From the NCBI GenBank assembly GCA_011364925.1, contig RDOA01000008.1:1-64000 (forward strand): DNA of 64,000 nt. The letters are read 5' to 3'. A model generated the notes under the pieces. That model made no database searches and was not told the DNA's origin. It saw only the letters and a program-made list of their open reading frames with translations. How positions within the stretch are numbered: the first letter of the stretch is position 1; every line of letters starts with the position of its first letter. A program made the position numbers and the translations under genes. The DNA is from Promethearchaeota archaeon. Its GTDB lineage: Archaea > Asgardarchaeota > Lokiarchaeia > Sigyniarchaeales > SOKP01. Shown piece after piece: positions 26,229 through 36,818 of this stretch.

Positions 26229-27173
26229 TTAGATAGGAAATCTTTTCATTCGTATAGCAAGCAATTGAAACCCTGCGTTCACCAAATCGGGTAAGTTGTG
26301 TTCCAATCCAAATTCTATATAGCCTAGACAAGATCGCCCATATAAGAACTTCATCCGGTTTTCGAAGTTGGCATTAATTTCTCCCTTGTAATTAGCTAGA
26401 ATTTCTTCTATGAAATCATCCCCCTCGTCAAAGAACAGAAAATCTGCTGCTGGATCGTAAATCCTGGCTTCTTCAAAATCTACAATTCCGGTTATTATAA
26501 AATTTTCGGGATCAACTAATATATTACTAATGTCAAAATCTCCGTGTATAATTGCGTATTTGAACTTAAAATTTTCTTTTTCATTAAGGAAAGCATTAAA
26601 TAGGCTTATGATCCATTTTTTTTGAGTAAGGTTCATGGAATTGAATAAAGAACTTTGGATTTTATCAAAATAATTCTCCCAATACCTTCTATATTCCTTG
26701 TAAAAGTCAGAATTGTCAACCGCTCGATTTCTTATAGACTCATTTAATAATTCATCGGAGTGAAGCTCCGAAAGAAAAATACTGATTTCTTTAGCGATTT
26801 GAGGCTTTATAGGCTGAGGAATTTTATGGAAACATTGTGATAAGGGAATCCCCTCTATTTTTTCGTATCCCATGAGAGGGCAATCAGGATCTAAGGACAA
26901 ATAAAGAATGTCGGGGACAGTAACGGAAACGTGTTTTCGGATGTGTTCTAACATTTTTAGTTCGTTTTGTATTAATTTTACGCCTTTCTGATTACGCAAC
27001 ACCTTATCAGGGATTCGGAAAATATATCGGTTTTTGACTTCGAATACGTTATAAGTCCCATGGTAGAAAAAGTTGATATCTTCTTCTTCGATATCTGGGA
27101 AAAATCTATATAACGCCTTGATGACATCCGCCCTTGAGATATCACTCGCTCGATTTTCTTCAAAGAATGCCAT
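26229..27173 (-). CDS. Aminoglycoside/choline kinase-like phosphotransferase (APH family)
   Basis: IHGDFDISNIL, GIVDFEE, DPAADF. Confidence 0.9.
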   Translation of the reverse strand: MAFFEENRASDISRADVIKALYRFFPDIEEEDINFFYHGTYNVFEVKNRYIFRIPDKVLRNQKGVKLIQNELKMLEHIRKHVSVTVPDILYLSLDPDCPLMGYEKIEGIPLSQCFHKIPQPIKPQIAKEISIFLSELHSDELLNESIRNRAVDNSDFYKEYRRYWENYFDKIQSSLFNSMNLTQKKWIISLFNAFLNEKENFKFKYAIIHGDFDISNILVDPENFIITGIVDFEEARIYDPAADFLFFDEGDDFIEEILANYKGEINANFENRMKFLYGRSCLGYIEFGLEHNLPDLVNAGFQLLAIRMKRFPI

Positions 27174-27295
27174 TTTTATTACTTCATTGCTTTTCTCGGT
27201 TTTTTAAAGGTCTTGATCAAAATATTTATTTACGTTTATATGTTATTCTAATACTAGTATAGAATTGAGGGATTCTATTTAAAGAGGTTATAAAT

Positions 27296-27712
27296 TTGAG
27301 TCCAACAGATTATGAATATAACGATTTGGAAGGAGCAGTTTTAAAAGTTAAACTAAATTTAAAGAAGAAGGGGAATGAATACGGGATTCTTAATATATCA
27401 ACATCCCAAATCAAGAAATTAGCAGAAATAATTAATCTAATGACTTCCTCCCCTCAGACAAAGCCTGAATTTAGTCAAAAAATAGAAAAATATCTTTCTC
27501 CGAGATTTAACGAAATTCTGGGTATAATCTATGTGAATAAGACCCTCCCTGATCAAATTGGGATCGAATTTTCTAAGGAAAACCAAAAAGAAATACTCAA
27601 AGGGTTTGGATTTGCTTCAGTATTAGAAAAATTGAAGGATAAAAAAGTTGAATACGAAGAAATTTTTCAAAATATGAAAAATATGAAAATGGCTAAATTT
27701 CCTAAAACATGA
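27296..27712 (+). CDS. Hypothetical protein
   Basis: 138-aa ORF; GAGGT RBS upstream of TTG. Confidence 0.7.
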   Translation: MSPTDYEYNDLEGAVLKVKLNLKKKGNEYGILNISTSQIKKLAEIINLMTSSPQTKPEFSQKIEKYLSPRFNEILGIIYVNKTLPDQIGIEFSKENQKEILKGFGFASVLEKLKDKKVEYEEIFQNMKNMKMAKFPKT

Positions 27713-28033
27713 ATATCTAAAATTTTTATTTTCTTTATTAAAATTTCGCTGAATTACGGTTGCTGTTATTCATTTTAGGTTTTAATATTAGATTAGAGTA
27801 AATTGCATCATCTAGACGGAACGATGGTACATCTTTTATAGCATTATTTACAAATACAGTAATTATTTCGCTTTTATCAATTTCCAAGTCTTATTTAACT
27901 ATTTATTTGAGAAGTGCAACAATTATTTAAGAGTCCAATCAAAGTTTCGATCTGAAAACTAAATATGTATTTCTGATCTAATAATACTTAATAACAAAAA
28001 ATTAAACTAACCAAAAAAAGGAGGTATGAAATC

Positions 28034-28111
28034 ATGAATAAAGCTGAAAAAAAAGATGTAATGTATGTCAAGAAGTTTAATCCCGAACATTTTGTATCTT
28101 TAAGATTTTAA
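28034..28111 (+). CDS. Putative 25-aa peptide
   Basis: GGAGGT 8 nt upstream; MNKAEKKDVMYVKKFNPEHFVSLRF*. Confidence 0.4.
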   Translation: MNKAEKKDVMYVKKFNPEHFVSLRF

Positions 28112-28230
28112 TAATTATTTCTTTATAATTTTTAATCTATTACAAGGAATTTTGTTTGAACACTCTCTTTCTCTCTACTCTTCTTTGTTTCTTATAAACT
28201 CTTTATAGAATAATGTATAAATATATTTGA

Positions 28231-29463
28231 TTACTCTTGCATACTCTCAAGTTGATTAGATTCGGATATTTCATTGATTGATTTCATATATTTTTCTATT
28301 TGTAAGTATAAATTATTACAAAATTCTTCAAACTCCATCGGATTAAATGTAGCGCCAGCTTCTCTGTGAACATCTAACTTTTTCAAATCAGCCCAACTTA
28401 ACCCAACACCTAATATGGGAATGATTGTCAATCCCTTTTCTCGAGCGATATTTAACTCTGTGTTACAATCGTTGGAATTCAACGATTTTTCCGTCGACAT
28501 GAACACTAGTAATTCACAACGTGGTACTATTTTTTGCATCCAAGCGTCAATATTTCCCGTTAAATCAGCTTCGCAATAATATACGTAGCGTATTCCTTTT
28601 TGTCCTTCTAAGAATTGGGCAATTTCGTTGATCCGGTATCTCCTGTAATCATCAACCGCATGAGTGATAAAAACGCGAATTCCGCGCTTAAAAGTAGACC
28701 CTAATTCTACAAACTTTCCTGAAACTATTATTCCTATTAAAGCAATTATAAGTACAAAAAGTGCGTAAACCTGTAATTGACTCACGATAAAAAATGTGAA
28801 AGAATTCACCCATCTAACGAAGACGGCCCCAAAAAACATCACACCGCTTAAAATAAAATATGACGTTCTTATTCTCTCTCCAAAGAATACTAAATAGCTA
28901 GCCCCAATTGAAACTAATATAAGAGATGCGTACATAAACAGTAGATAAAAAGTATCGTTGAATAAAGAAGTGGCATCGAGAATTAAATTAAACATTGTGT
29001 TTATAAAATACAAAACTGCGAAAGCTATCATATAGTTTCCATAATATCTTCTGTTACTAATTCCAAATAACACGAAAGCGATAATTAAAACAAAGAAATG
29101 GCTGTATATAATGGCTAACATTAACCAATATAAGTTTGGAAGCGAAATTATTTTAGGATTCCATAAATAAAAAGGTAAACTAAATCCTAACAATGTATTA
29201 ATGAAGTCGTATCCGATTTGAGCCAGAATAAAATAGACGTAGACGATAATGCAAATAATTCTTAGAAACTTTAATCGTTTGAACTTTCTTTTATCTGTCT
29301 CTAACTCTACGCTTCCTAAGATCAAAAAGGACAACTGACTTAAACTAAGAGCAAAATAAAGATATAATATTGTATTATTCTGAAGAATTAAATAATGTAA
29401 AGGAAAAAATAAATTGACGAGAAGCACTAAACCAATCTTATATTTTTTTTGGATAGTTAACAC
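28231..29463 (-). CDS. Multi-pass membrane protein with C-terminal TIR-like domain
   Basis: ~8 TM segments, then RVFITHA...LVFMSTEKSLNSNDCNTELNIAREKGLTIIPI. Confidence 0.8.
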   Translation of the reverse strand: MLTIQKKYKIGLVLLVNLFFPLHYLILQNNTILYLYFALSLSQLSFLILGSVELETDKRKFKRLKFLRIICIIVYVYFILAQIGYDFINTLLGFSLPFYLWNPKIISLPNLYWLMLAIIYSHFFVLIIAFVLFGISNRRYYGNYMIAFAVLYFINTMFNLILDATSLFNDTFYLLFMYASLILVSIGASYLVFFGERIRTSYFILSGVMFFGAVFVRWVNSFTFFIVSQLQVYALFVLIIALIGIIVSGKFVELGSTFKRGIRVFITHAVDDYRRYRINEIAQFLEGQKGIRYVYYCEADLTGNIDAWMQKIVPRCELLVFMSTEKSLNSNDCNTELNIAREKGLTIIPILGVGLSWADLKKLDVHREAGATFNPMEFEEFCNNLYLQIEKYMKSINEISESNQLESMQE

Positions 29464-29684
29464 CCATTTAACTTGAGTAAATTATTTGGTTCTCTTTCTT
29501 TAGTATTTTACCCGCATTAATAAATTTTTGGATAAATTTGTCATAATTAAAGTTTTCATTATATCGGCTCTAAATGATTTTTTACTCCACAATACTCAAA
29601 AGGGAGATATATTACCTTTGCTGGTTGAGAGATTGGTTTTAACATCTGAAGACAGAGAAAACCAATAAATATTATCTATTTTAC

Positions 29685-29891
29685 CTACGTTACGCTGTGG
29701 AGATAAAGTGCAAGTAGTATGATACCGATAATGAGTAAAATTGCTCCTGGTACAAGAAATAAACAGATAAAGATTAAGTCAAACGCAGCCGGGCTGGTAT
29801 TCATTCCTACTATACCTAAAATTAGTAGTAATATCCCTACAACCAGTGAAATTAACCCTATAGCTTTTTTGTTAATTGCCATTAAGATCAC
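29685..29891 (-). CDS. Small 2-TM membrane protein
   Basis: Two hydrophobic helices. Confidence 0.65.
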   Translation of the reverse strand: MILMAINKKAIGLISLVVGILLLILGIVGMNTSPAAFDLIFICLFLVPGAILLIIGIILLALYLHSVT

Positions 29892-29968
29892 GCTATTTGT
29901 TAGCTCGCTAGAAATATGTGTTTACTATATATATAATGTTTAGCCTTTCTTGATTCCATAGTATAATC

Positions 29969-30187
29969 TTACATCGCTTTTCTAGTAACTCCTATTATGG
30001 CATTACAATGAGAACATACACTCATGTCGAGTGAAACCTCACCAGTTTTCGCAGAGTGGATAAAAATTGGAGTCTTTATCCGCATAGTTATAAGATCGCG
30101 AGTTATTAATAGACCTTTCTCATCCCTTTCGAGACTAATTTCCTTCTTGCACATTGGGCAAAGAATTGAGCTTGGAAGTTTGAACAT
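29969..30187 (-). CDS. Small Zn-finger protein
   Basis: CPMC...CSHCNAIIG; same layout as 13823..14032. Confidence 0.7.
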   Translation of the reverse strand: MFKLPSSILCPMCKKEISLERDEKGLLITRDLITMRIKTPIFIHSAKTGEVSLDMSVCSHCNAIIGVTRKAM

Positions 30188-30280
30188 AATTTCTTATCAC
30201 TATATATTACAATTTTGTAAAGTTGTATGATAAGTGATTCCTAAACAAAATAAAAATATACCGTTTTTAACGAATATTCG

Positions 30281-30709
30281 TCACATTACTTCCACTGATG
30301 GGACAGCGATTAGGGTTACAATTGCCTTGGAAACCAAGGTTTCGTTAATTTTTGAAACGATGAATACATTAGATTCTGATATAATTATTTTCTTTCCAGG
30401 ATTGATAACTTTAGACTTGCAAACAAGAACTTCGCCAATCGCGGGTTTGAAAAAATTTATTTTAAACTCAATAGTGAGAATTCGGAAATCGTTTGCAACA
30501 ATAGTATAAGCAGCGTATCCCGCTGTGTGATCCGCAATCGTGGCGATTACACCAGCGTGTACAAAGCCGTCTTGTTGTTGATATTCTGAGCGAATTTTAA
30601 GCCTTGATTCAAACACGCCATCGTCAACCTTGTCTGCTTGAAAGCCGAGATAAGCGGGAAATCCAAGAACAAAGTCTCTTTTTAAAAAATTAATTCTTTC
30701 TTCCTTCAT
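30281..30709 (-). CDS. PaaI family thioesterase
   Basis: QQDGFVHAGVIATIADHTAGYA, TIEFKINF. Confidence 0.92.
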   Translation of the reverse strand: MKEERINFLKRDFVLGFPAYLGFQADKVDDGVFESRLKIRSEYQQQDGFVHAGVIATIADHTAGYAAYTIVANDFRILTIEFKINFFKPAIGEVLVCKSKVINPGKKIIISESNVFIVSKINETLVSKAIVTLIAVPSVEVM

Positions 30710-30929
30710 TTTAATACAAACTATAAATTACCCTTTATTTATGGCAAGTAAATATTGAAATAAATCTTGATTTTAAAAATTTTGGGGTACAAAATCAAAA
30801 TCTTTTAACAAATCCTAGTTTTTCTAACTAAGCTCGCCTGCTTATTTACACATGATAGGTATAGTACATTTAAATACTACAATCGTTACCTAAGCGTGAC
30901 GATTCTAAAAAATTAAATTTGAAATATCC

Positions 30930-31748
30930 ATGAATAAATTCTTACAAAGAATCTTTTTGTTAACGATTCTTAGTCTCTTGTCAGTAGAAATTCTTTCTTA
31001 TTTCACCTTGCAGATCCCTGTATTTCCTCGTAACGAGAATACCAAAAATCTGAGAGCTAGTGAAAGTAGCGTAAAATGGAGTGGTAATATTTTGCTGGAG
31101 TACAATAATTATTATGAAATTTATGGATTTGTAGATCGTACCTTTTCTTTTAATTTCAATTCAATTGATTCAAATAATGGTAGCGTTTATGTCGACCTTA
31201 TCTTTTTAGTCATGGAAGAAAATACCTATAATACCTTCTTATTTAGCCTTAATCATTCAAATAATCTTTTCCAGGTTACTAATTCACACCCAATCAGAGA
31301 TTGCATGGTAGGTGGTGAATCTCATCATTGTGGGGGTTCATATTATCCCACTCAAGCCCAAACTCTCCATATGGTTTTTATTAACCTCGACTCAAATCAA
31401 AAAACAAGCAGTCTGACTTACTCAATTCAATTCGAAGAGAAAATAGGTTCAGAACCAGATCAAGGCGAAGATGAAGATACCTATATTCCAATAGAAGTTT
31501 TACCCGGTTACACCATTATCTTTCCGCTTTTAATACTTGTTGGGACAGCTACTGCGATTGGCACTATTCTAACTTTCATTATTGTCAAGAACTATTCTAA
31601 CCATCACAAACTCCAAATAGAAAAGACACTGGGAGTAACGCAAGTATATGTTAAATCAGATCCAGTATTATACTGTTCTTGGTGCGGTTTTAAGCTTGTA
31701 AGAGTCGTAAAGTATTGTCCCCGTTGCGGAAAAGAAATAGAATACTAA
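30930..31748 (+). CDS. Single-pass membrane protein with cytoplasmic Zn-ribbon
   Basis: Signal/TM, ectodomain, TM, CSWCG...CPRCG. Confidence 0.8.
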   Translation: MNKFLQRIFLLTILSLLSVEILSYFTLQIPVFPRNENTKNLRASESSVKWSGNILLEYNNYYEIYGFVDRTFSFNFNSIDSNNGSVYVDLIFLVMEENTYNTFLFSLNHSNNLFQVTNSHPIRDCMVGGESHHCGGSYYPTQAQTLHMVFINLDSNQKTSSLTYSIQFEEKIGSEPDQGEDEDTYIPIEVLPGYTIIFPLLILVGTATAIGTILTFIIVKNYSNHHKLQIEKTLGVTQVYVKSDPVLYCSWCGFKLVRVVKYCPRCGKEIEY

Positions 31749-31819
31749 TATCTAGCGTTTTCAAACCTTCTAATTCTTAAGCCAAAAATCGAAAAATTAT
31801 AAGTTTTTATGGCTATATA

Positions 31820-33013
31820 TTGCATGTAATTATATTTTTATGTAGAATAATATCAGACGAACAATTAGGAAAAATCTTTACTAACGGTGAAGCTAAAATA
31901 CTGCTAGATTTGTTTTCAGGAGCAGGTGGTTTGTCTTGTGGATTTGAATTAGCAAATTTCAAAATCGATTTAGCTATTGAATTAGATAATATTCATTATA
32001 AGTCTTATAAATTTAACCACCCCGATACATTAAGCCTTAACGAAGATATAACTAAATTTAACTGCAATGAGTTTGAGGAGACCTATATTAAGGGGAAAGA
32101 GGTTGAAGGTATAATCGGAGGTCCTCCATGTACAGGATTTTCGTCAGTAGGGAACAGAAGATCAAACGATCCACGCAATATGTTAGTATTTTTCTTTATA
32201 AAATGGGTAGAATACTTTAAACCCTTATTTTTTGTTATGGAAAATGTAAAAGGCATACTTACTATGGGTAGAGGACTAGTAGTAGAAAAAATCAAAAAGA
32301 TGTATAAGGACATCGGTTACAAGTGCAAATTGCAAACCTTATTAGCCGCAGATTACGGAGTCCCGCAATTAAGAGAGAGAGTCTTATTTATCGGGGCAAA
32401 GAATAATAATATTCAGCAGATCAATATCAAAAAAACTCATAAAGAAGATTCATATCAAAAAAATTCTTCTGACATAAATCCTTTACCATCTTTTCTAAAA
32501 GTTGGGGATGCTCTTTCAGATATTCTTGATCTTACTCCATACAGGGAAAACAACGGAAACGATATAGGTATAGAATATAATAAACCGCCTCAAACTAGTT
32601 ATCAAGCGTACTTAAGAAAACACTCAGACAAACTTTACGAGCATGTCGCTCCAAATCATAGCAAGAAAGTTGCAACTAGAATTTCTCACATTGAGCAAGG
32701 TAAAAATCACGCTTCTTTACCAAAAGAACTGCAGTTAAAAGGAGGTTATTCTAATATATATGGTAGGCTTCATTTAAATAAACCGGCAGACACTATAACG
32801 GGTAATTGTGGTTGCGTAAGCGCACCGGGAAGATTCATTCACCCTACTCAAAATCGGGCGATTTCGGTTAGAGAAGCTGCTCGGCTTCAGTCGTTTCCAG
32901 ACAATTATCGTTTTTTCGGAAGTATGAGAGATAGATACAAGCAAATTGGAAACGCAGTACCTCCTTTATTGGCTAACGCGATTGCGAAAGCAATAAAAGA
33001 TGTTGTCAATTGA
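31820..33013 (+). CDS. dcm: DNA (cytosine-5)-methyltransferase
   Basis: DLFSGAGG, GGPPC, ENV, QLRER, RLQSFPD, QIGNAVPP; start uncertain. Confidence 0.95.
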   Translation: MHVIIFLCRIISDEQLGKIFTNGEAKILLDLFSGAGGLSCGFELANFKIDLAIELDNIHYKSYKFNHPDTLSLNEDITKFNCNEFEETYIKGKEVEGIIGGPPCTGFSSVGNRRSNDPRNMLVFFFIKWVEYFKPLFFVMENVKGILTMGRGLVVEKIKKMYKDIGYKCKLQTLLAADYGVPQLRERVLFIGAKNNNIQQINIKKTHKEDSYQKNSSDINPLPSFLKVGDALSDILDLTPYRENNGNDIGIEYNKPPQTSYQAYLRKHSDKLYEHVAPNHSKKVATRISHIEQGKNHASLPKELQLKGGYSNIYGRLHLNKPADTITGNCGCVSAPGRFIHPTQNRAISVREAARLQSFPDNYRFFGSMRDRYKQIGNAVPPLLANAIAKAIKDVVN

Positions 33014-33044
33014 TATAATACTTACTTTATTTGTCTTCGCTACT

Positions 33045-33266
33045 CTAAAATCTTAAGTAGGAATTAGCTGAACGGTACCTATTTTTTCTGTAAGGTTTCT
33101 CAGGGGCGTTAAAGAAGCATTTAGGGCAAAAAATTGTCAAAAGAGTGTCATTCCAGATGAACAATGCTTTCTTTATGGAATATTGAGGGTGATTTTCCAA
33201 AAACTCATCGAAAGAAATAAATTTTTCACAGTCAGGACATTTTCGTACTGAAGGCGGAAGCGTCAT
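33045..33266 (-). CDS. Small Zn-finger protein
   Basis: CPDC...CPKC. Confidence 0.7.
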   Translation of the reverse strand: MTLPPSVRKCPDCEKFISFDEFLENHPQYSIKKALFIWNDTLLTIFCPKCFFNAPEKPYRKNRYRSANSYLRF

Positions 33267-33357
33267 AACTGTACTTCCTAAATCTTGTATATTAAAAATA
33301 CATGGGTGTTAACCAAGTAATTTTTAACTTTACTTCATTATAAATATTTGATTTGTT

Positions 33358-33807
33358 ATGCCCGACAATGATAACACCCTTGAAAACTACGTAGAACCCG
33401 ATGCGGTTATCGAGTATATCTTTATCGAGAGAGCTGAAGAACAAAATAAACCTATTAACGACGATCAGGGATATATTATGGGATTTTTTAACATCTTTTT
33501 CTCTGGTACTTTTAAGAATAATTATCTAGCTGAGTTCAAAAATCAAATATTAAACGAACTAAATTATAGCTTAAAGACGTACGATCACTTTAAATCAAAA
33601 GCTATTGATATGACTCTCTATAAATTCGGGTTAGTTGACAACGAACGAAATATCACTGAATTCACAGAAATGAGCGAATCATTTTTTAAAGAATTGATAG
33701 CTTCATTGAGAAATTTAATGATTGTTGGGAATAATTTTGACATTGAAAATTTCAAGCGTCACCACATATTTAATCAATGGTTTGATACTTACACAAATAA
33801 AATTTAA
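33358..33807 (+). CDS. Hypothetical protein
   Basis: 149-aa ORF with typical composition. Confidence 0.7.
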   Translation: MPDNDNTLENYVEPDAVIEYIFIERAEEQNKPINDDQGYIMGFFNIFFSGTFKNNYLAEFKNQILNELNYSLKTYDHFKSKAIDMTLYKFGLVDNERNITEFTEMSESFFKELIASLRNLMIVGNNFDIENFKRHHIFNQWFDTYTNKI

Positions 33808-33887
33808 ATATCAGCTTTACCGTTTAATTCTTGGCGGAGTTATATGCCAGATAAATCCATGGAAATTATATGCTGAGGTGAAATCTG

Positions 33888-34853
33888 TTGGTGGATTCTT
33901 TAATATTTTATGAAAAGGATGGAGAACCTAAAGAGAAAACATATAAAATTTTATTTACAGGTTTGGATAGTGCTGGAAAAACGAGTATAATTTTAACTTT
34001 ACAGAGAGAGTTTTCTAAGATAGCCTTAATCGAACCAACGAGGGGTGCTGAGAGAAGAAGTTTTACATTGTTCGGAAAGAAGATCACGGAATGGGATTTA
34101 GGCGGTCAAAAGAGTTATTTAATTTCCTATTTAAAAAACCCTGGTAAATTTTTTGACGGTACCGAAATCGTAATCTACGTTATTGATATTTTGGATGCCT
34201 CTCGTACTAAAGAATCTTTAGAGTATTTGTACGAACTCGTGGATAAATTTAAAGAGTTAGGGATTGAACCGTACATAAACATCTTTTTTCATAAATATGA
34301 CCCAAAATTAATCCAGAGCGTTGAAAAACAGATTAAATCAGAAATTCTTACGCTAAATAAAGAAATTATAAAGAATTTGGATTACAAAAAGCTACAGTTC
34401 TTTACGACCTCAATTTATAATCCGTATACGATTATGAACGCTATGTCTAAAATTTTATTAGAGTTATTTCCTAAAGCAGAGTTATTAAGAAAAACCATTG
34501 ATCAGTTTGCGAATAAACTAAAATGTGAGGGTTTACTAATTACTGACAATAATTCGATTATTTTAGGTTCATGGTTCAAAGATAAGGAATCCAAAAAACT
34601 TTTAAGTGGCACCATTGCTTACTTCTTAACGCTTAACGATGTGTTTGAAGATATGGTAATGGATCAAAGAGAGGATCAAATCGTCGTCAGAAAAATGGGA
34701 AAATATTTCTTATTCAAGCCATTCGTCTTAGAGACAACGAAGATACCGTATTATATGCTTGTATTAAAGAGTAATGATCCAATGGGACTATATTTTATTA
34801 ATAAAGATTTCGAGACTTTTGTAAAAATCTTCGGTAAAATCATCAAGAGCTAG
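33888..34853 (+). CDS. Arf/Rag-like small GTPase with C-terminal roadblock-like domain
   Basis: GLDSAGKT, WDLGGQ, HKYD; GAGGTG RBS before TTG. Confidence 0.92.
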   Translation: MVDSLIFYEKDGEPKEKTYKILFTGLDSAGKTSIILTLQREFSKIALIEPTRGAERRSFTLFGKKITEWDLGGQKSYLISYLKNPGKFFDGTEIVIYVIDILDASRTKESLEYLYELVDKFKELGIEPYINIFFHKYDPKLIQSVEKQIKSEILTLNKEIIKNLDYKKLQFFTTSIYNPYTIMNAMSKILLELFPKAELLRKTIDQFANKLKCEGLLITDNNSIILGSWFKDKESKKLLSGTIAYFLTLNDVFEDMVMDQREDQIVVRKMGKYFLFKPFVLETTKIPYYMLVLKSNDPMGLYFINKDFETFVKIFGKIIKS

Positions 34854-34938
34854 TTTCATATCTTTATATTTTGATATATCATTGAAATATTACTGATATA
34901 TAAATCCTATTAAGTAATTTTTTTTAAACGGCTTATTT

Positions 34939-35466
34939 ATGGAGGTAAAGAAAAATCTAAGAACAACAAAAGTCCTAATGGAGTTATATAACGGAGAAAA
35001 AATTAGATCACCGCTCCTTTTGTCAAAAGCTTTAGAGTTAATTGACGATATTCCAACTTCGATTGAATTAAAGGAAAATTTCATTAGGTTTGAAAACGAG
35101 TTTAATCAGCAAATTCTCTTAAAACGAGTATTCTACGATGTTTGGGGACTGGAACTTATATTTGATGGAGGATTCAGAAAAAGGATAAATTTAGTGTATA
35201 AATATTTAAGAACCCGGACCGTAAAGGCAATAGTGATTAACTTCTTTTATGGGATTTTTATTGGCAACTTAACTTTAGGTTTTCTTTCTTCAACAGATTT
35301 TGAGTCGCGAAACCAGCAATTAAAGAAAATTATCTCTTTAATTAATACGAAATTAAAAAGATTTGCTCTCTGTAAGTATTGTGGAGTAAAATTATCAGAC
35401 AATTTTAAAGTAAAGTGTAAATTTTGCGGAATTGAACTTAACTTTTCCGAGCTTCTACTATTGTAG
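34939..35466 (+). CDS. Hypothetical protein with C-terminal Zn-ribbon
   Basis: CKYCG...CKFCG. Confidence 0.7.
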   Translation: MEVKKNLRTTKVLMELYNGEKIRSPLLLSKALELIDDIPTSIELKENFIRFENEFNQQILLKRVFYDVWGLELIFDGGFRKRINLVYKYLRTRTVKAIVINFFYGIFIGNLTLGFLSSTDFESRNQQLKKIISLINTKLKRFALCKYCGVKLSDNFKVKCKFCGIELNFSELLLL

Positions 35467-35547
35467 TTATAAAACTAAGTTTATATTTTTTTTCTCTAAA
35501 CGGTTTTTCTCCAATTTCCTAATATATAAATCCTGTAGTTTAATAAG

Positions 35548-35994
35548 TCATTTTTTTTTTAACCATTTTGGAATCCTATATTCATCGACAATAATACAGT
35601 TTCCATGCTCCCAATCAGGATACGGTTTAATATCCAAAACAGGAGTATCATCAAATGCATCAAGGCCTTTCACAAAAAGAATATTTCCTTCTCGCTTAAT
35701 TAGCTCAACTAATGTTAAGCCAATAGGATTAGGATGAATAGGAGCCCTTGTTGCAAAGACACCAATAGCTTCTGTCTCGTGCTTCTTGCTAGGATGGTGT
35801 AAATAATTGGTATCCTTTATCTGATGCATCCAAAAGATTATGTAAATATGTGAGAAGTTTTCGATCCCATCCAATGCCTTTTTTAATTCTTCATTTACTA
35901 TTATTTTTGTAACAAGACTTCTATCTTTATCGTCCTCGTTAGGTGAGATTCTCTTAATATAACCTACTGGTTTAATTTGGAGATTATTATGCAT
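35548..35994 (-). CDS. tsaA: tRNA (t6A37) methyltransferase TrmO/TsaA family
   Basis: GVFATRAPIHPNPIGLT, GLDAFDDTPVLDIKPY. Confidence 0.92.
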   Translation of the reverse strand: MHNNLQIKPVGYIKRISPNEDDKDRSLVTKIIVNEELKKALDGIENFSHIYIIFWMHQIKDTNYLHHPSKKHETEAIGVFATRAPIHPNPIGLTLVELIKREGNILFVKGLDAFDDTPVLDIKPYPDWEHGNCIIVDEYRIPKWLKKK

Positions 35995-36122
35995 AAGCTA
36001 AATTAAAAAACTCGAATATAAAAAATATTTGAATATCGAAATTCTGAATGTTTATATACTTTAAGATTAAATTATATGCATTTAGATTAGCTTATATCCC
36101 TAAGAACAAAATCAGAGAGATT

Positions 36123-36380
36123 ATGATAAAAAAATGCGAACTATGTGGGGATGAAATTATAGGATTTCCGTACAAATGTAAATACTGTAATAATGTTTAC
36201 TGTTTAAAACATCGGTTACCAGAAAATCACGCGTGCAAGCTTTCAAGCTCAAAAAGATTAGTCCCTCAAAAACTAGAGGTAAGTGGTATTTACTATCATG
36301 ATGATGATGTGTTAAAACGCTCCCAGAAATCTAAAAAAGTGAGAAAAAAGAAAAAACAAAGAAAAAAGAAAAATCCCTGA
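36123..36380 (+). CDS. AN1-type Zn-finger protein with basic tail
   Basis: CELCG..FPYKCKYCNNVYCLKHRLPENHAC; start at ATG 36123 preferred. Confidence 0.85.
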   Translation: MIKKCELCGDEIIGFPYKCKYCNNVYCLKHRLPENHACKLSSSKRLVPQKLEVSGIYYHDDDVLKRSQKSKKVRKKKKQRKKKNP

Positions 36381-36445
36381 CTATAACCTCACTTCTTTGT
36401 AAAAGCAGTTAAGAAGAAAAAAATTAATGGTAAAGATTATAACTT

Positions 36446-36655
36446 TTACCTTTTAATTAGGTGGAATATGTAAATTCTATCTGAACCATGCACATTTATA
36501 AGCTCAAATCCGTTTTTGTTCATGAAATCTTCGATATAAGCTAAAACATTAGAATAAAACTTTTCTTTGTCATACTTTATAGTTTTAACTTCAGTTCTAT
36601 TAGCATGATACAGCGAATGAGTAAGTATATTTACTGAAATAGTATTTATTTCCAT
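36446..36655 (-). CDS. Small hypothetical protein
   Basis: 69-aa ORF with purine-rich RBS-like upstream sequence. Confidence 0.55.
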   Translation of the reverse strand: MEINTISVNILTHSLYHANRTEVKTIKYDKEKFYSNVLAYIEDFMNKNGFELINVHGSDRIYIFHLIKR

Positions 36656-36818
36656 TTATCCTTACCTTTCGATTAATAATTTTGGTTTGAATGTCCGTAA
36701 AATTTAACTTCAAAATATGAATTATGAACATTTAACTTTTGCTCTAAATATGTTAAGAAACAAGAATAAAAAAAAGTAATTTATTTGTTCAAAAGCATAA
36801 ATTTCGTTCCCTCAGGGA

